Positions 1 to 14,296 of a stretch of DNA of 64,000 bases are shown here, piece by piece. The stretch lies in NCBI RefSeq assembly GCF_006345805.1, contig NC_043003.1:68944001-69008000 (forward strand), given 5' to 3'. Numbering within the stretch: position 1 is the first letter of the stretch; every line of letters starts with the position of its first letter. The DNA is from Octopus sinensis. Taxonomy: Eukaryota. The notes under the pieces were generated by a model. That model did no database searches, had not been told where the DNA came from, and saw only the letters and a program-made list of their open reading frames with translations. The translations under genes were made by a program, and so were the position numbers.

Positions 1-1639
1 AAGAGAAGTGTATATTTTTTTAAACTACAATAACTGAACGCAAGCAGTATCTAACGCTCAGTACATGCTTCCGTATACTACTACTATATAAGATACGTTG
101 CCGCTTTCTTTCAACTTAATACTATGTACTTTTCGGTTTATCAAGCGATACAGCCGAATACCTTCGCTCTCTTATTATTTAATATTGCCTCAGTTGTCAA
201 GAATATAACCAGTTCATTAGAAAATGTTATCAAATATATATTGGGATATATCTTGAGAGATGGTTATATATTATCCTCTTTGTGACATTTAAGCACCGGA
301 TACTGGTTTACTTAAATGCAAAATAGATGCAAGCATTTATATGAGGAAAATTTTTATATGAAATATTCAATCTTTGTCTTTTCTTAGAACTGGAAAATTT
401 GATTTTAATCACCGAGGTTGTGTCCAAAGGTTCAATAAATAAATTAAACTTTAAGTTAAGGCAATCCTATTAGAACAACGACAGCGTCGAAGACACAAAA
501 GAGCCATTCAAAAACACGAAACGCAGTGGAACTATGTCAGTGACCAGGACACAATTGGTGCGACAAAAATTTTGACACTAAATAGTAAATATAAAATGTT
601 TAAGTTAACAGTGTTTCCGACTGGCCAATGTATGTCTTCTACGCTATAATTGATTTAGTTTCAACACAGTCTCAGATCAAATCACTTGGCAGACACTTAC
701 ACCTCTGAAATTCTATTATAGATTCAGTAATATTATCGAATTCCATTTCTACCATCATTTTGCATTATCATTTTTTTATGACTTTAGCAGACATGAAAAC
801 GCAACTTTTATTCGGTATCTACACATTATCTGCTGTATTTTCTCCTTCCTGTGCCATCAGCTTCACAAACGAACGACATCATTTACAGTATTATAAGCTA
901 GTCATGCAATAAAATGTGTGGTGAGAATTATTTATGATGTTTTATACATTTACTTACTCTAAGTAACCGACATCTAGCAATAACCAACGTACTTATTTCA
1001 AAATTCAAATATATATATATATTTATACATCGGTTGATAATATCAATAATTCTGTAACCGCAGACACATAGAGAGAAACATTGCGTTATAAAATCTGAAA
1101 CCTAAAATTTCCAATGAAACACCAATAGATATTGTATAACATTTTTTCAGGCATAAAATATAATTGTGATCTGCATTCTGAACATATATTTTGTTCTCAA
1201 GTCGAAATCAGATACGCAAATCCGTGTTTCATTACAGCTCCTAAATATACAATTTGTTGGGTACAATATATCCTATATAAAAATCAGTATATTACTTTAT
1301 ATATATATATATGTGTGTGTGTATGTATGTATATAAATTTTATCCCATAATGTAAGTATATATATATACTTTGAATATTCTTTTCGAAAATCTCATCAAG
1401 TGGCCAGCATATTATAATACCTTTTACGGTAAAAATTATAAACAATTATAAGTAACATCCGTTGGATTAATCCCGAAATCATTCGCTTCAGAGATAATGA
1501 ATTCTAAAAAAAATTGTTAGCTTGCTTTCCTCGTTTTCAACACCACCTGTATTTATAGTGATGTATATTGAATGTGATTGACGATTTAAAGTGTATTTCT
1601 CAGCATATTGGCATTGAAATTTTTCTTTTGCCCCTATTA

Positions 1640-1645
1640 TAATTT

Positions 1646-1712
<67 letters not shown>

Positions 1713-1881
1713 GACAGGCTTCTTTCAGTTTGCGTCTACCAAATCCACTCACAGAAAGAGTTGGTCGGCCGGAGGCTATGGTAGAAAGCACTTACCCAAG
1801 GTGCCACGCAGTGGGAATGAACTCGGAACCATGTGGTTGGCAAGCAAGCTACTTACCACACAGCCACTCCTCTATATATAT

Positions 1882-1978
<97 letters not shown>
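1640..1978. repeat. (TA)n microsatellite interrupted by a SINE
   Basis: Direct reading. Confidence 0.95.
1711..1872 (-). mobile_element. SINE family A head
   Basis: Matches the family A head (A box and B-box-like motif) and is embedded in (TA)n. Confidence 0.85.
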
Positions 1979-1979
<1 letters not shown>

Positions 1980-2592
1980 GCACATCATCAAATTAAGCAA
2001 CAAGGATATCCAGAGGTAATGCAGTACGATCGTTTCATGCAAATCGGAGTTGCATGAAACGATCATACTACATTACCTCTGGATATCCTTTTTGATTATT
2101 TTGATTTTAATTACCTTACTTTGAAATTGTATGGATAATACCATACTAAATTCTGGTGCCTCAACATAAATACCATATTCATCTGAATCTGAATTTTTGC
2201 TGAACTCATCTACCATATTCAATCTATGTGTGTGTGTGTGTGTTTATGTATGTATGTATGTATGTATGTGTATGTATGTATGTATGTATGTATGTATGTA
2301 TGTATAGTTGAAAAATAAGAATGATACTTGTAATAAATGGAGAACCAGTTCAGCAAATATAGAATCATTTTTATTGATTTTCTTACTAATGTTGTGTTGA
2401 CTAAGATTAAACCGGTTAAGCTTGATCCAGTAGAACTATGACGTGCATGTCGATCGAACAGCTAGATGTGATCCACATGTCTTGCGAAAGAGGAATTGCA
2501 TATATTTGATACAAGAAACATTATATTATATACTTCGACTATGTGTAGGTTGATAAATCAGGCAGGGAAAGACAGGCATTAAGTGTGTAATT

Positions 2593-2700
2593 TAGTGTTT
2601 CTCAACCGATGTTCTTCGAAATCCAAAAGTTTCGTAACAGGTTGTAATGGTTTCCGAGAGAAATAGTGATAAATAGGCTACTTGCTAGCGGTTCTTTGTG
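2593..2700 (+). mobile_element. hAT MITE left-end fragment
   Basis: Starts with TAGTGTTTCTCAACC, similar to the TIR at 62304. No matching right end was found. Confidence 0.4.
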
Positions 2701-4869
2701 TTACTGTTGCATTTAACTTTATACCCGTAATTTGTTTTCATATATGCTATATAATAGTAATATTGGCTGGAGGTAATGATCATAGGCAATTAGAAGAGTC
2801 TACTGGATAATGACCTCTGGAAATGTAATAAGGGAATTGTAATGGAACTTCATTTTTAAAAAAGGCCTTGGTTAAGATGAAATTTCTTAAATCTCTTTCG
2901 TGTCAGCTGATGGATTAAGGCCAGACAAACATTTCAAGTTTACTTTTATGATTTGTTTAATGTCATAGAAAATTTCGCTTTACGGAAGCGAACGAAAATT
3001 TAGTAACTTTTAATTAGTAGCTTCTTACAAATCTGGAATGTATTTTAAGGTTTCCCCAAGAATAATAAATTTGGGAAACATTGATGGAACCTATCGGGTG
3101 ATGTGTCAGTTCGGACACGTTTGTTCTTTTTTATTTTCTCCTGTCCAGAATGTCTGTGTGTTTAAGTTTTGTCATTGTTGTGTAAACCAAGGTAAGCTCA
3201 AGTGAACTTCAACTATAATGAAAAACCTTCCGGAAATAACCATTCTTGTCTTCGATCAAACATAGTATAGTATTCAGGACTGCATACTCAGATGTTTTCA
3301 AGGCGAAAGAGCTTGACTTGGCGAAGAGAGATGTGTTATTTATAGGAGAGCAATTGACTACATTGATGCAGTCTTGTTAACCGATATATCAGTAGAGTAT
3401 GGTAGGCCAGTTTGCTTTCTTCATAGATACATGAGAGCATTTTAATAAGTGTGAGCATCTGGTTGGAAAAGAGTTACTGGATTGCTTATTCTGTGGCTTT
3501 GCGAGTTAGGCTTGTGGTTTATTGAAGTTAGTTTAAAACAGAATATGGGTTTGTGGGAGGGGGGTTCTTTAGAAGTCAACGGCAACTGAAATGTAATGTT
3601 GTCATGAAATCTCCTGGGTTAGCAATATTGAATTTATACCAGGATGTACTGGGATGGCGTTAACGAGTGCACTAATGCTTTGTGATTGAGGTATGAAACA
3701 TCACTGAATGTTTGTGGTGTAGAGGTATGTATATGGGGGTTATGATAATAATGGTCATGGAGGCCCTGCAGAGGGTCACAGACACTGCCTACTCTCCTGA
3801 CTAAGGAATACTTATATTTGTCTAAATGAGTGTTAAATGATAAATTTTTAAAACAGCAAAGTATAACAGAAGGCGGTAACTTCTGTAGATAATAAACGCA
3901 AATTGATAGAATCATTAGAATAACGGATCAAATTTATTTAGGTATTTATTCTAGCTGTTGACATTGGTAAGTTCCATTCTCATTAAACGTTGCCTTTGAT
4001 TCATCCAGAATCAGTTAAATAGAATACAAGGAGTAATCGATATAATAAAATATTATGAATAATATTTTAGTAAATAATAGAAATAATTCTAAATAATAGT
4101 AAATAATTCCAGGCAACAATCTCAGCTGGAGTGCTTATATCAACAATAAAATCGATATACCTCGTAGGATGAACACCTAGATCTTCAGATCTTTCCTATC
4201 CATTGAGCAAAAAGTCATCATTCCCATTTTTTACTCCTTTGTACGACCACACCTAGAATGCTGCTGTATTTTGCTTCATTTGCAGTATTGTTAGGGGGTT
4301 GGGCAATATTTGTTGCAGCTGTTCCAGTTAAGTGCCGAGGAAGTGTAGCGAAATTATTGTTATCTACCCTGTAATAGTTGAAGGAAGAGGGCAGGAAAAT
4401 ACCTTTCTATTCTCCCATAGCACACGATGACCAATACACAATGCTTGTACATGAAGTTATTCGAATGTGGTTCATTAAATTAATTGCAAGGAAAGGAAAA
4501 GAACAGCAGATACAGTGAAGTGATTATTTCTGTCAAGTTTGCTTGATTTATTGAGAGATAAACTTACTATATATTTGCTATATTTTATACTCACATTCTA
4601 CATTTTTTATTGAGGTTTATAAAAATCGTATTACGACTTTTGTAAGGAAGGGAGAAATGCGTTTTGGAAATGATTCATCAAATTTTGAAACATTTTCTGC
4701 TTACTTAGATTTAATCAATAATCCATCATACATTTCCTAATCTAGACAAATTTGATTTTTATCGAATGTCAAATCTTCGGTAAAAATTATTAAATTATGA
4801 ACTAAACGAAATTAAATTGCTAAAAATTATACACTCAGTAAACACATTGTTATACGCTGATTAAAAGCA

Positions 4870-4960
4870 GATATGCAGCTGCATAAAAGTTATATATGCA
4901 GCTGCATAAAAGTTGTATATGCACCTGCATGAAACTTGTGCATGCAACTGAATAAAGCAT
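4870..4960. repeat. ~24-bp short tandem repeat
   Basis: ATATGCAGCTGCATAAAAGTT occurs twice, plus two degenerate copies. Confidence 0.7.
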
Positions 4961-5269
4961 CGTACACTGCGCATTAAAGGAAACAAAAGTGTCATTCAAG
5001 ATAAACGTTTGATATTAATTTACATTTTTATCATTGATGTTTTGTTTTCAATCTATTTTCGCGAGACAATGAGGTTCTTAAAATTCTCTATAATGTTGCA
5101 AGAAGCAGATTATTACTGGCGTCAGTAAGCCTTAGAAGAATGGCAATAAACGGCTTATCACGTGAGTCCGTCAGAAAGATAAAGCTGCAGAGGACGGGAG
5201 CTGCGATGGAGTTTAGGAAGTGGTGGTAAATTCTTGTGTGTGTGTGACCTCCTTTTTCTAATACCAAGA

Positions 5270-5560
5270 AAGAAGAAGCGTGATATGGCAATATGGTGTG
5301 AGAAACGCAACATAGTATATTTTGTCGAACTGACCCTTCAACGTGAGGACAATATAGATGTAGCTCAGATTAGGAAAGGCGATCGGTATGAGAACACATT
5401 TTCCCCAAGAAGTTCAATGTAAAGGTTTCATTGGAACCAGGAATAGAGAATGGTAGTTATCAATTATTGTCAAGCAAACATCATTTCGAAAGAAATCCAA
5501 TCAAAACTTGAGAGAGCCAGCCATTGGATATGGATGGAAAGAGATGATGAAACTTGGTTA
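5270..5560 (+). mobile_element. Non-LTR retrotransposon 3' end with restriction-like endonuclease (HERO/NeSL-like), decayed
   Basis: Translates to RDMAIWCEKRNIVYFVELTLQREDNIDVAQIRKGDRYE (PD..ELT..E..RK..Y RLE motif) and KLERASHWIWMERDD. Confidence 0.75.
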
Positions 5561-6129
5561 TAGAAGTGATGTATAAGTGTATAGCAGGACCTGTTTGCTT
5601 CTATTGCAAATCAGACCCGCATGACTGACTTCACAATTTAAATGGTGCTGATGATCCAGCAATGAAATGCTTAAGATCGGATACTAATCAGTTGACCCGG
5701 TGGGTGAGGACTCACATCACTGAGTGGAGCCGGCGCGCTTTACGCCGTTGAGTGGGAGACCCCAAAATAATGTGCATTTTCTTCTGATGTCACCTGAATT
5801 CTACTGGCGTCCGGTATGCGGATCTTTCCATTAACAGTATTGGCACAAGCAAATTCTTTTTTGATTATCACAAAAGATGACAACATGTTACGACCGGTAT
5901 TTTCTGCAATTGTCTAAATTGTGGTTAGAACTTGGTATCATTATCGAACCACTGGTTCTGCTACTTCACCTTCCTGACGAAAATACTGTATTGCTGTCAC
6001 ACATACCCGTAACTGGTCGAGAATTTTTATTCGAGACTTACCTTAACCTATAGTCATGAATGTTCGGTAACGGTCAAAAGAATAGGATTAATAATACAAG
6101 CGACCGAAAGGGGTTCTTCCAAAGGATCG

Positions 6130-6330
6130 ACAGGTTGCGTATCTCTGAGATGAAGGTGGTTCTCCAGGTGGAGTCGCTACATCTCTGCTTTGAATGGGCA
6201 CAACTCCTGTAATACGGACATGTGGTTACAATGTTGCAAAAAACGATCGTAAGTCGGATCCTTGAAGCTGAACCAACCAGCAGGAGATCAAGAAGGAGAT
6301 GGTAGGCTATTATCCACGGTCCCAGTGGGT
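6130..6330 (+). mobile_element. RTE-type LINE 3' fragment
   Basis: YGHVVTMLQKTIVSRILEAEPTSRRSRRR resembles the W.GHV.RM...R....P...R.RGRP C-terminus of RTE ORF2. Confidence 0.5.
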
Positions 6331-6944
6331 CATACTTAAAAATCTAGCAGCAAAGTATAATGACGGTTGCTTCCGATAAGACCTTAGTCCTTAGCCTGAG
6401 GATTCTATCCCAACGAGGAAAGTAGTAGTGGGCAAGGTAAATGGATAGATGAACCCGGCTATAAATGTGACAAGCAGGTATAATTTGATCAAATCTATAC
6501 AATACTTAACTTTTGTTTTATCTAATTGACCCCGCACCCCACCCCAGTTGTAGAAAACGAAAATGACTCTGCGAGATTTCAACTTATTCCAGAATGCAAA
6601 TGGCCATAGAGAAATATCGCAGAGTATTTTTTCAGACACTTTAAAAGTTCCACACTTCAAAAAATCTTTATATTTATAGGTATTGAAATTTTGAAACTAT
6701 TTCCAGCAATGCGGTAAAGAAGAAATCATTAAATATAGAACTAAACAGAATTCTTTTTATTTTTCTTTAACATGTGACAAAGTAGAGAAAATGTGTAAAT
6801 TAATCTTTTCCGAAAATGATAAAAGGAAGTCACAGAAATCTTGGATTCTAATAGAGATTGAATTTGGGAAGTGGATGCAGCATTGTTTTAATGTAAGGGA
6901 ATGTCCCTAAAGGAATACATCATCATTAACAGTTTCTGGACATT

Positions 6945-7128
6945 ATTCTCTCTCGAGTCCTGGGATTCATAGGGTTGGTAACTTGTAATAAGGAGCTGGC
7001 CACATCATCACACCAGTTTGTTGCCACTGAGTGGACTGGAGCAAAGTGAAATGAAGTATTTTGCTCGACCCAGGAATAGAAACCACGATGGTAAGTTCGC
7101 GATTCCAACACCCTAACCATTAGGCCAC
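6945..7128 (-). mobile_element. tRNA-derived SINE, family B
   Basis: Minus strand has A box TGGCCTAATGG, a B-box-like motif, and the GAGCAAAATACTTCATTTCAC..GCTCCAGTCCACTCAG core. Confidence 0.75.
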
Positions 7129-7899
7129 GCGCCTTCAAAAGAAAGGGTGCATGAAAAAGAAATACCACTGTAGGACGATAACTCAAAAATGTATATTTGA
7201 CTGTTATTTATGTGTACAGAAGAAATCTGCAAAAATCACAATCCAGGTTACTTAGGCAGATATAGATTACCAGACGACTATAATCTTCGTGAAGAGGAAC
7301 TCTGACATAATAGACGATATTTATTGTTTCATCGTGGGAATTTCTTATTTATTCCAGAGATCGCTGGAGGTCAGTTTCACTTTATTAGTTAAACGGCAAG
7401 TACTGCAATTAGATTCACTTTCACTGTACGTTGCTTTAAATAGCAATAACAGCATTTTCTGTAGCTGCAGAACATATTACGCATATGAGATTTATGACAG
7501 CCTTGCTTTGGACTCCATAATCTTTGAAACAAATCACTACAAACTTTAAAGAACTAAAATCTAGGTGCTGAAAATAGCAGCCAATCTCTCACAAATCACA
7601 CCATATCGTCTTTAAAAGCTGATACATTGGAAAATATAATCCCGTATATAGAAATTAACGACGTGGAACAAGTTCTTATGGTTTTGATTAGTGTAACTAT
7701 AGAAACATGATCTGGAGGTAAGAACATTACTACTACAAAACGGTACTATTCGTATTATCATAAACTGCGAAAAGACGTCTGCAAAACAACTACGCAACGA
7801 AAGGAATATACTTGAAGCTAAAATAAAAATACAACACTTGAAAATGTGAGGAATATTGTGTGCCAATATCCTGCCTCCAGCATCTTTAATTTTTCAGGT

Positions 7900-7902
<3 letters not shown>

Positions 7903-7964
<62 letters not shown>
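7903..7964. repeat. (CT)n microsatellite
   Basis: Direct reading. Confidence 0.95.
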
Positions 7965-7967
<3 letters not shown>

Positions 7968-9264
7968 GATTTCTTTTTAGCCGCGTCCGCTCTTCTGTTT
8001 CCTTTGTGGTTTCCTCAGGGAGACCACAAAGAAAGCAGATATTGTTGGTTTCGACTTTTCATCGATGCTTCTGTAACTTTGCTCTTTTTTCAGACCCATT
8101 TTTACCTTTGGAAAGAGGTGACCCATATTAGTCTAGCTTTTATTTTTTTTTAACCTGTGCAACATGGGAGGTGTAACCAGGAGCTTGCGCTCTTCGGAGT
8201 TACTGAGACCCACAAAGTAACACACCGCAACAAGGACTTGATATTGTGCTAGTCATGCATGTTAGACATACCCTAAAAGGACTGGTGGCCATATATGGAA
8301 TGATTTTATCTATTGGCATCCTTCATTATCGCTAACCGAAAGCTAGACAACAACAACATCAATTTCACTAGCTGTTAATAAAATAGCAAAGCAACAGAAA
8401 TTACCGCATCCTGGTCTTTGCTATAAACATAACTTCAGCCTTTATTTTTATCGCTAAAAATAACTGCCAGATTCACCCTCGTAATGCAAGCTAACGTTTA
8501 AGAAAAGTGGCACATTGGATAGTGTAGACGTGGTTGACTTGTGTCAAATTAAATAACAGATTATTCATTGCTGTAATCTATGCAAATAACGAAATCGTCA
8601 TAGCTAGACCGCCATTGATCATTGGTATCTTTGATTATTGTTGACCTGGCGGCTAGATGACAAATCCCGTCACTAGAAGAATCTGTTGGCATATGCAACT
8701 ATATTGGATAATTGGAGAAAGACTGCTTGTTACATTGTATAGACTGCATTTCAAAACCGGGTCAACAAGTGCGTATAAATTGGCCCTAAAGAAACCGTTG
8801 GTAACAAGGTACTTATTATGGAGATTGCTGGAGCTGTGAATCGACCGAGGTTTATTCGACACTCAATGATGTCATAACTTTGCTCATGTGGATTGCACAT
8901 AATCATTACAGCTACAAAGACCACAATTAAAAATCAACAACATTAACAACATACATACAAGATAAGGAGAAACCCTAGACCGACTCAAGACTTCTCATGA
9001 ATATCAGGCAAAATAAAACCACACTGAAAGACAAGGGAAGTACAGGTGAAAGAATGTTATCCCAGGTACGACTTTAAAGGAAAAAGAAAAACAGTGTGTG
9101 TACAGCTTACATGCCTGCGATCAGAGATTTACAGGATTGAGTGTGACCTAGGGTTAAACAAAAGCGCAAACAACATAACAATCATAACACTGCAAGTATT
9201 AATATATCTCGCCAATAACAACCGTTGTAGCAACAGGGAAACCAACACCAATAACAGCAGTATC

Positions 9265-9296
9265 ATTATTATTATTGTTGTTACTGTTATTATTAT

Positions 9297-9336
<40 letters not shown>

Positions 9337-9437
9337 GGTGGTGGTGGTGGTGGTAATGGTGGTGTACAAGTAGTAGTAGTAGTAGTAGTAGTGACGGTGG
9401 CGGTGGTGGTGGCGGCGGTGGCGGTGGTAGTAGTAGC

Positions 9438-9500
<63 letters not shown>
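9265..9500. repeat. Compound trinucleotide microsatellite (TAT)(AGT)(GGT)(AGT)
   Basis: Direct reading; explains ORFs 9046..9666 and 9129..9656. Confidence 0.95.
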
Positions 9501-12500
9501 TGTGTTGGTGGTCATCAGCAGTAGCAACACGAGCTTTCTATTGATTATATACAGCCTCGTATTGGAGGCAATAGAAATTTTAATCAGACTCTGTATTACA
9601 TTCGTTCTTATGTTGTTCAATGCATTGATTTCTGAAATTCTCAAAGTCATTCTCACCAGTGAATGAATGTTCTTTTAATCCGTTTTTATATCATCTCTAG
9701 AAATTTCTTTAGAAAATTTCCAATGAATAATATTCCAAAGAAGGAGAAAAAAATAAACTCTTCTTCTTCGAAGTCACTTGGGGGTTCTATGTATGTACGA
9801 CAGCCAGATTATTTCACTACATTTAATGGCTGATATGAAAGAGAAAGAAAATAAGAATATGATCTCATAAATATCTTGCATGCATAAATGTAGCGTAGCT
9901 GCTTTTCCAATACATATTACAAGAAACCTACCTTGGTGTGTATATCATTATCCTTTTATATAAGATTTCAGGCTGATGTATAAGTGTACTATTATGTTCC
10001 AAGCAATTTCATAATAACGCATTAAAATGGTAAATCGATGAGAAGATGTTAAAAACGGTGATGATGCAATGCCACCAGAATAAAAGCATAGCGTTTATTA
10101 GTAAAGTCTCGGTGTGTTCTGGGTTCAGATCTTGATAGGAGGAAGAAAAATACTTGTTGCTGGGGCTTAGCTTCAGATCAAGCCTGATCGAAGGGAATTA
10201 TAATGAAAAGCGTTTGAACTGTTATTATCGCATTAAATCTTAAATATTTAGGACTACGTTATTCAATGATCAACTTTATAAAAAACAATAGAGTGCGATT
10301 TGAAGGGGTTTAGCTGCTATTTCTAAGATGTCGTGCAAGTTGAAGTATCTTCATCGGTTAATTATGGACTGTAGTACGTTTTATCTGAGATACGGACCTC
10401 CACTACAAATTCGTAGTTTTGAGTCAATACAATAATTCACTTTCCTTATTCAGTGCTGAAAGAACAAGGTTCCTCTCATTACTCACTCTAAAACTTGAAC
10501 ATCGTGTTCCATTTTTTCAGTAAAACCAATAAGGGAACCGAGTTAACATGCGAGTTAATTTTGTTTTCGAAAATGCCTTCACTTATATTAGTATTGTAGA
10601 ACTTCGAAAGGGATTCGTTCTACAGTATTCAATTTCGCATTCCATATAAACTCAAGGCTACTTCCTTGTAACTAACATGTTGCCATTAAGAAGTTTCATA
10701 CTAAACAAAATTGAGTAAAATATAAATATCCGGATAGATATCTGTCGAAAATATTACAATGACTTTTTGAAATTAGTATTTTAACAAGATGGAAATCAGT
10801 TGCTAGTTAAATATTCAACAACTAAACCTGACAATAAATAAACAAATACTAAAACTTTGAGTTAAAATTAATCACTTAAGAATGATGAAATATACGCATT
10901 AAAAGTGAATTCGACGAAAGTTATAATTCCTTTTTATTTGCAAACAACTTTGAGAAAAATTTTATATTCGCCAAAGTTACATATAAATGAAATTAGATAT
11001 GTTTTGATTTTAACATGTTCATATTGCCGTTGTTGTTGTCTTTAGTTTTACTACCTTTACACCAAGTTGATTCATTTTGGACTGAAGCAATATATTCAGA
11101 GAATGACAAAGCCATCTGTTCTACCTTTCAACTAATGGACTTTTGGAGGAGTAAAAATTATTTTTATTGTTTCAAATAAACTTAGAACAACTAATACACT
11201 AATGGATTTTGAGTTACCTTTTTGCTAAACCAAAAAATATTTAATTTTTAAATGTGAAAAATGGCGACTAACGATAAGACAAAGCATTTTGTTTTATTTG
11301 AAGGTATTCGCCACCCGTATTACATACGATACTAAGAGTCATCCAACTCCTACTGCTTTGATCTTTCTCCGAGTTAGACACCGGATGCAATTCCATAAAA
11401 TCTAATATTTTAATGCATCTAGATGAAAGATCTAACAGACCGGGTTTATAGTTTGTCTATAATCTACTAGATCGGAAAATCTACAGCAACTGATATTATC
11501 TATTCATCCTAAAGAAATCCTATTACTGAGACCCGAGCCAATGCTTTAAAATACTGTGAAGCCAATTATATTGGTCTTTCATTAGTTTTTATCACTGACC
11601 GAAAACAGATCCTGTATTATGAACTGTGAGATATCATCCAAACTTAAGTTCGTGGATACTTTGATTTGCTGTTCTTTTAATAGAAATTCGTGCCTGGGTA
11701 TATCAATCCAGCTCCAAATGTTAGTCTGAATGAAGAGCAACTCCCAAGCAACCTATTCCTCGCTTTCACTTAGATTAGTTTTATGCATATAAACATTTCT
11801 ATGTGATTTTATACCAATACATATTATATGTGTGGTTATATATATTTATATGCGTACGTATACACACACGCACGCACTGGTATTTGTCTGTTTATGCGGC
11901 GGTGTTTCTATGCGCGTTTGTATGTGCATATGTATGCGTATGTTTATATAAGTGCTTACGTGTAACTATATGTTTTGATGCATACATATACATACGTGTG
12001 CATATATTCGAGTGAATATTAATATATATGTATATATGTGTGTATAGGTAGGGCTGCATGTGCTCGTTCCTTAGTATATACTAAACTACGTGTACTATTT
12101 TTGTAAGTTTACATTCTGAGAAATGCATTTTATTAACGTTATTCTCTAACTATTATATGTGTTGCCTTCACGTTTTCTCAATCTTTGTGATAATCCTTTC
12201 AAAATTATTTCATCTATGCAGCAGGAATTAATCCACGGTCGGGAAATTTTCTTAAGTATCTTATCTTTATATATCTTGAGTTAATCTGGAAGGTTGTCGA
12301 GATTAACTCAAAATTAGGCTTTAAAATGTAGAAGGGGAAAAGAATGAAGAGTAAGATAGAAAAATGATGGAATGACGAAAATGATGTATACACAGTGACG
12401 TAACTAATAGAGGAGCAAGGGTAACGACCACCCTCTTCTCGCTCCGGGCACATTTTTCAAATCTGACGCCTCTTTAACAAGTTTTTTAACTCTTTATTTA

Positions 12501-13369
12501 TCTACATCAATAGTCTGAAGTGTCATACATAAATGACATTGTAACCGAAACATGAGATCAAGGAATATAGAATAGAGTTACATTTATTATAACTAATGAA
12601 ATATTTCGCGTAATATACGAGAAATGCGTTTGAAATTGTTTAGTGTGTATCATGGCGTCTCTTTTTTTTAATACTCGTTCCCCCTAACTTTAGAACCTGC
12701 TTAGCATATGATACAATGTTGTAACTAAGCAGAGAAGAAAATAAATAAAGCAAGCTAACGATGACCAATTCTTGACCAATGTTATGAGGTCAAGGCTAAT
12801 CTACATGAAAGCAACAAACTCGCAGGTCTACTAGTTAAAAGAAAAGGGAAGGCTATAAAGAAACTTCCAAACTGTTACTGTGGAACCGGAAGAGTGATGC
12901 GGTTGCCGTTGTTGGGCGAAAATTTTGCATTTCGTTTTAGATGAATTTAAGTAAATTTATTAGTTTTTGAGTGTTGTTGAATAGACTAAATGGCTCTTAT
13001 ACGAATTAGATTAACGTCACTCCTCTTCATACTATTGCGGTAACAGCATCAGCCATAATTCAGAGGATCTCCGAAGTGCTTAGGTTAGTATTTAATGGCA
13101 AAATTGAAACCGTCCCGTACATAGTATCAGAAAAGACTACAGAGTTGCAATATGTTTATATTCCCAAAATCAAATTAACGTAAACCAAATAAAATTTCCA
13201 TAACACAAATAACTTTCTATTACACACTTCAAAATCTTTATTATTCGCTGTAAAATATTAATTAAATATATTTCCGCTTCGGTGGAAAATAAATAGATAT
13301 ACATCCATACACAAACACACACAAACAAACAAGCAAATGCACATATATAGTTATATATACAAAAATATG

Positions 13370-13392
13370 CGTATATATATATATACATACAT

Positions 13393-13445
<53 letters not shown>

Positions 13446-13720
13446 CGTATATACATATATATATATATATATGTATGCATATGCATATATAGATACATAT
13501 ATCTATCTATATATATAGATAGATATATGTATATATATATGACTAAATAGATATATATGCATATATATGTATATATAGCTATATATACTTATATATGTAT
13601 ATATATGTCTATATATATATGTGTTTAGGTGTATGTATATGTGTGTGTGTGCGTGTGTGTGTGTGTATGTGTGTGTGTGTATGTGCGTGCGTGTGTATGT
13701 ATCTGTGTGTGTATGTCGTA
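13370..13720. repeat. (TA)n/(TG)n low-complexity tract
   Basis: Direct reading. Confidence 0.9.
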
Positions 13721-14241
13721 GGGGATATAACGTACAGTTTTGCTTTCGCCCAGTGCTCAGATATAATTAAAAAAGTTTATTGCACATCTTCATTCATTAT
13801 CTCACAGAAGACTTAAATACTCTTACAACCAGCTTCAGATGTGACTTACAAAAACATCAATTAAATGCATAGTAATCAACGAGAAATACATCAACAAATA
13901 GGTCTTGAGAATTCTCCATTCCAAGTAACGGCTTGAAAATTAAATTTGGTCTACACCAATTTAATCACTTTGTAAAAATTCTTTTATACGGAAGCAATAA
14001 CAATCTTCCAATACAAATACCACTGAATCTTTGATTACCATTCATAAGAGGGTTATACAACATCAAATATTTATCTTAATACGAATCGATAAATTTACTT
14101 CTTGGATTTGCATCCGTTTATTTACGCAGTCTGAAAACTTGTTTTACGCTAAACATGTATGTATGTTCATATGTGTATAGTATGTATGTATATATTGTTT
14201 ATGTAAAAAAAAAGCACACACACATACATACATACACACAC

Positions 14242-14296
<55 letters not shown>

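Noticed and set aside
2900-3950. Possible decayed LINE endonuclease region on the minus strand
   Set aside because: Composition is suggestive but no convincing motif could be read.
5645-5685. CTGATGA...GAAA as a hammerhead
   Set aside because: No helix I or II pairing and no palindromic or paired helix III.
8653-8862. Overlapping 60-69-aa ORFs as an exon
   Set aside because: No identifiable homology and no convincing paired splice sites.
9046-9666. 206-aa and 175-aa overlapping ORFs with poly-S/G/V or poly-T/P/L
   Set aside because: Explained fully by the compound trinucleotide repeat; no recognisable domain.
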